A stretch of 64,000 nucleotides of DNA, taken from Eremomyces bilateralis CBS 781.70. Taxonomy: Eukaryota. The position numbers were made by a program, and so were the translations under genes. Positions within the stretch are counted from its first letter, which is position 1, and each line of letters begins with the position of its first letter. The notes beneath the pieces are model-generated. The model saw nothing but the letters and a program-made list of their open reading frames with translations. It was not told where the DNA came from and ran no database searches. This document shows positions 54,790 through 64,000 of the stretch, piece by piece. The stretch lies in the NCBI GenBank assembly GCA_010015585.1, contig ML975150.1, one strand, 5' to 3'.

Positions 54790-56767
54790 TCATACCCCCG
54801 AGTTCCCTACAACCCCACGATCCTCCCCACCCCCAACACCGTCCAAAACGCCTCCTCTCTCCTCACCTTCTCCACCCGCTCCCTCTCCCCCTTTTTCCTC
54901 CTCTCCCCCAAATCCAAGCTCGCCAACCCCGTCGTCGTCTCCCCCNNNNNNNNNNNNNNNNNNNNNNNNNNNNNNNNNNNNNNNNNNNNNNNNNNNNNNN
55001 NNNNNNNNNNNNNNNNNNNNNNNNNNNNNNNNNNNNNNNNNNNNNNNNNNNNNNNNNNNNNNNNNNNNNNNNNNNNNNNNNNNNNNNNNNNNNNNNNNNN
55101 NNNNNNNNNNNNNNNNNNNNNNNNNNNNNNNNNNNNNNNNNNNNNNNNNNNNNNNNNNNNNNNNNNNNNNCTCCCCCCCCAACGCCTCATCCCAAACATC
55201 CGTGTTCGCCCCCACCTCGAACTGCGGACACAGGATCGTCACCCGCGACCCCGCGCCGTGCCGACCCCGGAGCGCGCTCGGCGCCGCGAGGTGCACGCGG
55301 ATGGAGTCGTAGAGTGGGTTGGTGAGGGTCAGGAGGTAGTGCGTTGTGGTGAGCGGGCGGAGGGCGAATGGGGAGGAGGGCGAGAGCGCGGGGAGCGCGA
55401 GCGTGGGCGAGGAGAAGGTGGTAAGCAGAGTGGATGTCGGGCGGCCGGCTGCGGACGTCCCTGGAGGCGGCATCGTCGAAGGGGAGGCCAGCGGCTTGAT
55501 CGACAGCTTCGGTAGGTTTTGTAGGGCCAGCAGCTTGATCTTCGATCGCACGCTCGTCACCTTCCCTTCCGGTTTCGCTAAGATCTGCCGGCACGCGCCG
55601 CAGCGCTTCGCGCGCTTGGTACGTAGCAGGGGGCTGATGGGGCGCAGATCGTCGACGGCGCGGGCGTGGCGGTTCGTGGCGTCGAGGCGCTGCGAGACGC
55701 TGGCGTGGGTGTCCCAGGCGGTGGTCTGCATCGCGCGGATGGTGGCATCGTCGGCAGCTTCGGCGGCGGCGTCGTAAATGAGGAGGCCTTCCTCAGGGGT
55801 GGCGGCTTCACGCATCGGGGAGGGGCCGGATTCGGGCGCGCGCGAGCGGATGGAGGAGCCGTACATGTGGAGGAGGCGGGCGATGGAGCTGGGGGAGCCG
55901 GGGCCAAGTTCGCTGGCGGATGTGGACGTGGTGCCGGGGAGGAGGGCGGCGTCGCTGGTGCTGAGTTGGTGTTTGTAGAAGGCGAGGAGGTGGTGATAGC
56001 GGTCTTGGGGGTCGGGGGTACGGGCGGAGGGGGGTTCGGGCGAAGAGGACGTGGAGGTGTCAGAGGTGGGAGAGGGGAGGTCGTCGAGGTGGTGCGTGGT
56101 AGGGGGGTCGGAGCGCTTGAGGGAGGAGGAGGGTTTGCGGTCGCGGGGCGGGCGGGGGAGGCCGCCGTTGAGGGTCTTGGCGAGTTGGCCGGTGATGTTG
56201 GAGGGCCGGGGGAAGGTGATGCCGATGTCAAGGGTGGACCAGGCGCAGTAGGGGCAGTGGAGGATGTAGGGGCCGCCGAACTTGTTGGCGGGTTTGTCGT
56301 CGGGAGGGGGGTCGGGTTGTTCGAGGGAGTTGACGGAGAGGGGGGAGGTGCAAATGGGGCAGTTGAAGCAGTTGCGGGAACATCTGTAGCGGTTAGGAGG
56401 CGGTTGATATGTGGGAGAGAAAAGACCTTGGGAGGAGAGGAGCGATGGGACGGTAGGAAGCTAACCATTACCTATGACCTTCTTGCTTGATAGTGCTGCT
56501 CGGGGCCTCGAAGAGACAGTTCGGGCAGTACCAGCAGATGACTTCTTCCGTCACGCATCGTGGGCACCGCATTTCATGACACTCTGTACAGTATAGCAAA
56601 TGCTCAATCGGATACAGCGAGAAATTGGATCGCCGCGAGCGCGGGTCGAAGGTTCGTTCATCTTCGTCCTGGGCGGATTGTGGCTCTTGTGAGACACGCT
56701 TTTCTTGGGTGGACGTGTTGTCGGCGCAGGAACACGCGTAGTACGTGTACGGGAAGGAGACGGACAT
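54790..56767 (-). CDS. Dynactin p62 subunit (DCTN4/RO2); 3' part crosses an N gap
   Basis: MSVSFPYTYYAC...FDPRSRRSNFSLYPIEHLLYCTECHEMRCPRC...CPNCLFE...R|CSRNCFNCPIC; LRTKRAKRCGACRQIL; VTILCPQFEVGANTDVWDEAL. Confidence 0.92.
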
Positions 56768-57056
56768 GTTTAATCAGGTATGGAGAGATTGAGGAAGAGG
56801 GGGGAAAGAGTAGCTGGTAAGTGATAAATGATAGTAAGGGCGAGATGAGACCTGATGGAGCTCTCCACGCCAAGAGATATAGGGCTGGACGACATTCAAT
56901 GGAGCTGGACAATATCATCAGGACTTCGGCGAATCGTCCGGTATTAATGATTGTTCATTGCCCATTATACCTTTCATGTACAATTGCAATATAATGCCTC
57001 AATCATGAACCGGTAACTCCGTAACACATCAAATCTTCCATATAAAAAGTGTCACT

Positions 57057-58175
57057 ATGATCAGGAAACCACCCCTCTTCCGCCTTCGACCTGCGGCTCT
57101 CCATGTGAGAGGATATGCCGTCCAAACCCCAGGGGCACCGACTCTCCAGGTCTTCGATCGACACACGAAATGGCAGCAAAAGGAGCGAGCAGCACAGGAC
57201 GTGGAAACGAGTCGGAAGGTCGACTACCTGAGAGATGAGGTTGCATTTCGTCTATGTGAGCGATTGCTGGTGAGTATATACGATTCTGAAGCTATGAGGA
57301 ACATCGGCTTATATTCCCTTCAGGATATCAACCGTAACTACGATAAAGTCCTCGATCTTGGAGCCAACGCCTGCCACATCGCCAAGGCCCTCACCCGTCC
57401 AAACCCCGATGCCGATTCACTCCGCCCCGTCTCCGAGCCGATCGCAGCGCGAATCAAACATCTCGTCGCAGCCGAATCATCAGCGTCGATGCTCTACCGG
57501 GACGACTCCCTCCCGTTCAACTCCGAAATCTCTATCACCCGCGACGTGCTCCAGGACGAAGAATCCCTCCCGTATCCCGCGAACACCTTCGACGCCGTGC
57601 TCAGCGCATCTAGCCTCCACTGGATCAACGACCTCCCCAGCGTCCTCACGCAAATCAACCACGTCCTGAAACCGGACGCCCCGTTCCTCGGCGTCATGTT
57701 CGGCGGCGACACGCTCTTCGAGCTGCGCACGTCGCTCCAGCTCGCCTCGCTGGACCGCCTGGGCGGCATCAGCACGCACACCTCCCCACTCGCGGACGTC
57801 CGCGACATCGGCGGGCTGCTGCAGCGCGCCGGGTTCCGGCTCCTAACCGTGGACGTGGATGATCTAGTCGTTGACTTTCCGGACGTGTACGCGCTCATGG
57901 AAGAGCTGCAGGCGATGGGCGAGCAGAACGCGGTGCGGATGCGGAGTGGGGGGCCACTGAGCCGGGACGTGCTGTTGGCGGCAGACGGGATTTATAAGGA
58001 GATGCATGGGAATGAAGACGGGAGTATCCCGGCGACGTTTCGGTTGATTTATATGATTGGGTGGAAGGAGGGGGAGGGGCAGCAGCGGCCGTTGGAGAGA
58101 GGGAGTGGGATGGTGAGTATTAAGGATGTGTTGGAGGGGAAGACAGCGGCGCCGAAGGGTGGGGAGCGGAAGTAG
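57057..58175 (+). CDS. NDUFAF5: Mitochondrial complex I assembly factor NDUFAF5 (SAM-dependent fold); intron 57270-57323
   Basis: Basic N-terminal presequence; VFDRHTKWQQKERAA...VDYLRDEVA; VLDLGA; SSLHWINDLP; GGDTLFELRTSLQLA; IPATFRLIYMIGWK. Confidence 0.93.
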   Translation: MIRKPPLFRLRPAALHVRGYAVQTPGAPTLQVFDRHTKWQQKERAAQDVETSRKVDYLRDEVAFRLCERLLVSIYDSEAMRNIGLYSLQDINRNYDKVLDLGANACHIAKALTRPNPDADSLRPVSEPIAARIKHLVAAESSASMLYRDDSLPFNSEISITRDVLQDEESLPYPANTFDAVLSASSLHWINDLPSVLTQINHVLKPDAPFLGVMFGGDTLFELRTSLQLASLDRLGGISTHTSPLADVRDIGGLLQRAGFRLLTVDVDDLVVDFPDVYALMEELQAMGEQNAVRMRSGGPLSRDVLLAADGIYKEMHGNEDGSIPATFRLIYMIGWKEGEGQQRPLERGSGMVSIKDVLEGKTAAPKGGERK

Positions 58176-58693
58176 TGAGAGCAATGGTTTGCTAAAGTCG
58201 AATGGTTCAAGAAGGAAGGCTTCTTTCATGATCTGGATGAGGGGTAGGAGGTTGACAAAGGAGTCCGCATGATCGGAACTTTGTTAACAGAGATCAGTAT
58301 CTATCCGACGGGAGAGGATGCGGCCTACGAAGCCATCTCTCGCACAGATCAAACAGTCTGGAAGACGAGGCAGGAAGGCATTAGAATCATTGCAGATCGG
58401 CGTCCAAAAAGAGCCTGGAAGTATGGCCCGTATTAGGACTAAAGAGAAGCTGTGGAAAAGAGATGAGTGAATCAAAGGCACCTAAAGGTATGGCCTTTGC
58501 TGGTTCAAATCATTCACTCCTCCACAGTCGTGAATTAATCCATCTGGACTGACTGCGTGGAGATCTCGTCTCATCTTCCATGTAGACAAACAATCAACAA
58601 CAACATTCCCCCTATCTTCAACTTTTCCTACAACACATCTTCAACCCACACTTCCTGTCTTATTTTCGAACATCATCTACACGAGAAGTCGAA

Positions 58694-59364
58694 ATGAAGC
58701 TCAATTTCATCCTGCGATTCTCCATCATGGCCATCAGGGCCCTCGCCCGCCTCCACGCCCCTCTAAGTCCCACCGGCTTCACCCCCTGGTTCCGGCTGAA
58801 CGTCTCTCAACCCACCAGCACCTCTACCCCATCGTTTCCCCCCTCTCCAACCCAACCCGGGACGGCGTTATTCTGTACGTACCAGCACCATATACCCTTC
58901 AGCTTCGACATCATCTCTAACCACATCCTAGGCTTTACCTACTACCGTGTCCAAACCGGCGACACGTGCGCTCTGATTGCCGCGAAGATGAACCATACCT
59001 TTACACTAGAGGAGTTCTACCGATTGAATCCGTAAGTAGACTGAGTGGCCTCCACGATGGAGCACGGAAAGGCTAATGCTGGAATTTTAGGACCGTGGGG
59101 TCGAATTGCGAGAGTCTTTGGCTTGGGTACTGGGTTTGCGTGAATGGGATCACCATGAAGGGGTTGGTTGCGTCGGCCGTGGACTCGACGATGACTCCGA
59201 AAGCGAGGGGATCGTTTACTAGATCTTCGCGCTTTGTCCCTACTGGCCATGTCTCGAGTGCTCAGCCGCGGGGGACTGCGGTCTCATTCGCGCCGCTTCG
59301 TTCGACGACAGAGACTGAGTTTGAGACGAGGACGACGACGCTTGTTACGGTTATTGTAGTCTGA
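58694..59364 (+). CDS. Small single-LysM protein, probably secreted (exons 58694-58874, 58932-59031, 59091-59364)
   Basis: PSPTQPG...C|FTYYRVQTGDTCALIA...TLEEFYRLNP|TVGSNCESLWLGYWVCV matches the Cys-containing fungal LysM; Ser/Thr-rich tail. Confidence 0.88.
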
Positions 59365-60131
59365 GCGTCGACTGCTGGGCTTGGATGATGAGAGTTCATG
59401 TAATTCAGCTGGTTTGGGACTAAAAGCTTGGGGGGTCGTGAACAGAATGAGACGAGGCAGATACATGTACATTAACCATTACCGGATTGTATCAATATGA
59501 AGTTGTACTTTTGACGGACAAGAAGAGGACTGGAATACCGCTTTCGAACGCTTATGGCAACGAACCGAGTAGTCCTAGACTTCGCAACCAGCCTTGATTG
59601 CACATCGTGCGTTACTATCATACCTATTGCACCAGTTGGGACTATATGCCGAATAGTATGTATCGTGCAGAAGGCAGGTCCTATCCCCTCTCTATTTCCT
59701 GGGCATTGGGAGAAGTAGAAGAATAAAATGCCCGTATCTGGAAAGAATATCCGCTGGAAAAATATCCCCATGATGATAGGAATAAGATCTGAATATTAGA
59801 TGTAAAAGGGGCGTTAATTACCGCATCAGGTAATGTGGACCGATCCTCACCCGATCCCGACAGGAAATCCCGCGGTCCGCTTCCGTTCCGCTTCGCTGAA
59901 TTCTGACATCCTGACCTCGAATTTATCGATTGTGGATTTGTGGTAAGCTTTCCTGAACCGCACCAGAACAAACATTGCGGCACCCCGGGCTCGGTCGGAC
60001 CGTCATCAAAGCATCAATCTGACTTCAACTTTCGTCATCCTCTATCCTCCCTTCATCCCAATCCCTCCACGGTCATTCAGGAGTCTTCCTATCACCACTG
60101 CGAGATCGCTGCCTCATAAATTCCGTGCACA

Positions 60132-61284
60132 ATGTCTGGTCCGCTCCCTAGCAACGTCCTCGCGACGCAGTACGTCCAGGGCGTGTATATCCCCTCCGCG
60201 CTCCTCATCGTTGGAACCGCCATTATGAAGAAGGAATGGGTGCCGTACGCAGTGGCCCTCGCCGTTGTTCTAGGCGGATGGAAGGTCTTCTCCAACAGTA
60301 AGAGTTACTTCCACATGTGAAAACCTACGAGACGAAAAATGCTGATGCGATTGGTGGCAGGGCAACGAAAAGTGCTGAAGCCCGCCGAGTTCCAGCGGTT
60401 CTCGCTAAAGGAAAAGACGATATTGTCGCATAACACCGCGATGTATGCTCCCCCTCAAATATCTTCCCGAGCAGTTCATTAACCATCCATAGCTACCGCT
60501 TCTCCCTCCCCAACCCCTCCGACATCCTCGGCCTCCCCATAGGCCAACACATCTCCCTCAACGCCACCATCGACGGCAAAGCCGTTACCCGCTCCTACAC
60601 CCCGATCTCCAGCGACTGGCAACCCGGCCACTTCGACCTGCTGATCAAATCCTACCCGACCGGCAACATCTCGAAGCACGTCGCAGGGCTCCGTATCGGC
60701 GATACCATGTCCGTACGCGGCCCCAAGGGCGCCATGGTCTACACGCCGAACATGGTGCGCGAGTTCGGTATGATCGCCGGCGGCACGGGGATCACGCCGA
60801 TGTTGCAGATTATCCGGGCGATCATTCGCGGGCGGCCGGCGAACGGGGGGGAGGATCGGACGAAGGTGAGCTTGGTGTTTGCGAATGTGAATCCGGAGGA
60901 TATTCTGCTGAAGGAGGATTTGGATGCGTTGGTGGCGGAGGATGAGGGGTTTAAGGTGTATTATGTGTTGAATAATCCGCCGGAGGGATGGAATGGGGGA
61001 GTTGGGTTCGTTACGCCGGAGATGATCAAGGTGAGTTTCAGTTCCTTATGCCCGACTCGCTAGAGTATATTGGCGGCCTATTTCCTACGGAAGATGTTGC
61101 TAGTTGGATTGCATTCGCTGACATTGTAAATCAGGCTCGCCTTCCTGCCCCTGCCCCGGACGTCAAGGTCCTCGTCTGCGGACCTCCTCCTATGGTTTCC
61201 GCCATGAAGAAGGCCACCGAGAGTCTGGGCTACCAGAAAGCCAAGCCCGTGAGCCGTCTGGAAGATCAGGTCTTCTGCTTCTGA
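60132..61284 (+). CDS. CBR1: NADH-cytochrome b5 reductase 1, 4 exons
   Basis: [59 protein letters not shown]. Confidence 0.96.
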
Positions 61285-63612
61285 TCGGCGGCGTTAAATA
61301 CAATAGACCATTCCTCCGGTCATACATGTACAGCGGTGGAAATTTAAGCGCACAGATCCGGAAATTGCATTGGCATGGTGGGAGATATGCTCTAATGACA
61401 TAGAGATTCTAAGCGTTGGGGTGTCATACACGATAAACGAGGGTATTCCTTCAAAATTCCCTGGATTCAGTCTAGAAGTCGTGCTTCGCAGCGAAGTTTT
61501 AGACGCCAATTTACGAAGTTCTAGATGTGGGATATGGCATCGATGAGTTGGACGTACGTTTTGGGCTTCATTGTTTCAGAGTCTCCATGCATGTCTCCAT
61601 GCCCATAAACTGGGTTGGGCATTCAGTCTTATTCGAGGTGTATGTGCCAATTTCCTTGTTGTCCGGAAACGTTGCGTATCATACTGGATTGACAACGTCC
61701 GCAAAAGGTCATGGTGTAAAACACATGCCTCCAATCCTAATGGTCAACATACTCCTAGGGTTTAGTTCGAAACGGAACAGTAGGCAGAGGGACAGTACTA
61801 TAGTATGTCTCCACTAACATTGGTTTCTGCGAGTGTTGAGGGCCCCTGCTCCACGGAGATATCGACAATGTATCTCGCGAAATCTCTCGCAGCATTCGAT
61901 GGCGAAACAAGCCAATACCTTGCACGCTACGGAGGCGTTTAAAGTAGTCGTCCTCGATACCGGTATTGTGCACTCTGCTTGCCTAATCGTTTGTTCTCGG
62001 TCTCGCCACAATGGCCATTGTTTGCTAATGCCAAAACCCACAGTCCGGTAATCCGGACATTTTCACCTGCGGTATCACTCACCCGTGCATATCGATTCTT
62101 TTCCACGTGTACTGGAATCCTGAGCCTCGGTTTCTTGGGAGTGACAGCAAACACCCCACCAGTGCATTGGAGTCGCCGAGTAGTCGATCCGGGATCGAAA
62201 GCTAGGAATAGAACATTTCTGCCGGCGAGAATTCTTGCAGGAGCAGCTGCCCAAGCGTCCAATCCTGTAAACGACCAGCACGGAGAAGAATGACGATCAT
62301 CGCATCAGCATTTCATAATTACCCAGGAAGATCGACAACATCGGGCACGATTGACGAGATCTAAGGCCCCAACTACCAATAGGCAACAGTCCAAGAGAAT
62401 GAGTAAAGGGGAAATCGCCACTTAAAAGGAATATCGACAACTGAAGTAAGTACTTGGGTTTGGTAATATAAGAACGCCACGCTCGAAAAACATAACCAGA
62501 CATTATCAATTGATGACTGGGTGGTGGCAAGGGAGCGCCCTGTGGGATTAGCGCACTCTCCAGTATATCAGGGCTGGGTAGATACGCGAACTGCCAACTA
62601 CCTGGGATAAAGCATAAAAATACGCTGATCGGGCATTGATTCTGTCCGAGTTCATGCCGATGCTTGCCCAAGCCTTGCCTGTTGGTCTGGTTGCTTGGCT
62701 CGAGGAGATGTTTCTGCCCATTGCAGGTGAATACAGTGTACATGCAACGTGGAATAAGTAATTCAGACCGAAACGCCGGATTTATACGATGATTAATTCC
62801 CTGGGCATCGACACCGGTTAAACACACAACGACGTGGTGGCGTTTATAAAGTCTCGGCCGGTCAAAGAGTCCAGCTTCGCCGTGGCGGGCCGTTTTCCAT
62901 GTCATCATCCGATTCTTCCCCAATTCTCCCCCACCCGCCGGTCAAGGAACTCAACTCTCTTCAAAACCTTTCCACCAGTCCACCACATAGTTATCCGACC
63001 TTGCATGAAAAAAGCATCGAGTTTCCATTCCTAGACAGCCTCATCCTTCCAATCTCCATCTTCGCTGCATTTTATCACAATATTTGGTACACCTTTCCGC
63101 TACACCCTCCCACCAGGTCCCTTCTCATTCGTCCCTTCGGTTCGCCCCTCTGCAAGGCTCTATTAGATCTTGGCCAACTTGGATTGACCCTGAGTTTGGT
63201 CCCTTACCTGCTCGCTATCGTCGTCATAGCCGGACATCAAACAGCACACTCGTGGTTGCAATTCGGGGTCTACTCCACTCACCGGGAGGCTCTGTTGACC
63301 AGTTGGCAGTTGACCGACCGACCTCATCGCAACCCTCCATTGTGGGATTGTGCACCCTCTCGACAGGTATGTATAGGCCGATATATCCCCTTCGTCGACC
63401 ATCTCCCCTCCCTCAGAATCTGCAGCTCAACCCCTCATGACATACCTACCACTTGGAGACGTCGTTCAACTGACGCATCCACCATGACTACCAGCGTGGT
63501 ACTACACGCCCGAGAGGGACTTTTTGGATATCCAGGCGGGAGGAATATATTCACTCCTGGCTGGGAGTTACCACCCCACACTTCCTGTCCGACGGTAAAG
63601 GGAACGCTCACA

Positions 63613-64000
63613 ATGGACTCTCGTTACTATCGACCGCCGTCACCGCGACGACTTGTCGCTCCAGGCCGTGCCACCACGGGCAACTTTGACAGTCACGATG
63701 GATACCATACGATCGCTCGAAGCCCTCGGGAGTACACCCCACGATCAAGCGCGGAAAGAGTTGGCGCAACTGGCGGTGTGACCCCTCTATCATCCGAAAC
63801 TTACGTCACGCCTTCCCATCGGTCAAGTGCTTATAACTATGCGGGACGTCCTCGACGAGACTCGGAGCAGACGCGAGGCAGTCGACCACAGGTGATTCAA
63901 TCGTCTCGCAACCGGCCCCCGAGCCCCATCCACGGTTCGTATGAACGGGACAGCTACAGCCAACCCGGGTCCACAGCTCCCAGGAGAGACCACTCGAGGC
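63613..64000 (+). CDS. 5' end of an unknown Arg/Ser/Pro-rich protein running off the window end (alternative in-frame ATG at 63484)
   Basis: MDSRYYRPPSPRRLVAPGRATTG... stays open to 64000; ATG context ACAATGG; pyrimidine-rich region upstream. Confidence 0.5.
   Translation, partial: MDSRYYRPPSPRRLVAPGRATTGNFDSHDGYHTIARSPREYTPRSSAERVGATGGVTPLSSETYVTPSHRSSAYNYAGRPRRDSEQTRGSRPQVIQSSRNRPPSPIHGSYERDSYSQPGSTAPRRDHSR

Noticed and set aside
57270..57323. Stop-free introns of 3n length (NDUFAF5 54 nt, LysM 57 nt, Gly/Lys gene 51 nt) as regulated intron retention
   Set aside because: Common by chance for short fungal introns; no further evidence.
59761..59797. ATGATGA...CTGA with an AATAT/ATATT terminal stem, resembling a C/D snoRNA
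   Set aside because: The boxes are only about 12 nt apart, too short for a guide RNA.

Overview
Gene-dense, intron-containing DNA from a filamentous ascomycete (GT..CTAAC..AG introns, Pezizomycotina-type genes), with three N gaps at 2163-2182, 24317-24449 and 54946-55170. The conserved genes are: a partial PKA-type kinase, SMC3, a BAG co-chaperone, PAS kinase, a QIP-like exonuclease, ACC1, NudE, an EXPERA-like membrane protein, an AVT-type amino-acid transporter, RO10/dynactin p24, SHO1, dynactin p62, NDUFAF5 and CBR1. Secreted PAN/apple and LysM proteins are also present. Two accessory patches interrupt this backbone. The first (about 6.3-15.3 kb) holds two 5'-truncated retroposon tails with target-site duplications, a headless sphingomyelinase, a Zn2Cys6 factor, a secreted Gly/Lys-repeat prepropeptide and an OTU-like protease ORF broken by RIP-type stops. 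The second (about 45.5-48.9 kb) holds HET and kinase relics and nested inverted repeats. The most notable signal is a 114-codon, AUG-free, in-frame N-terminal extension of the BAG gene that begins at a strong-context GUG and ends in a transmembrane helix. All calls come from reading the sequence by eye; no database searches were run.
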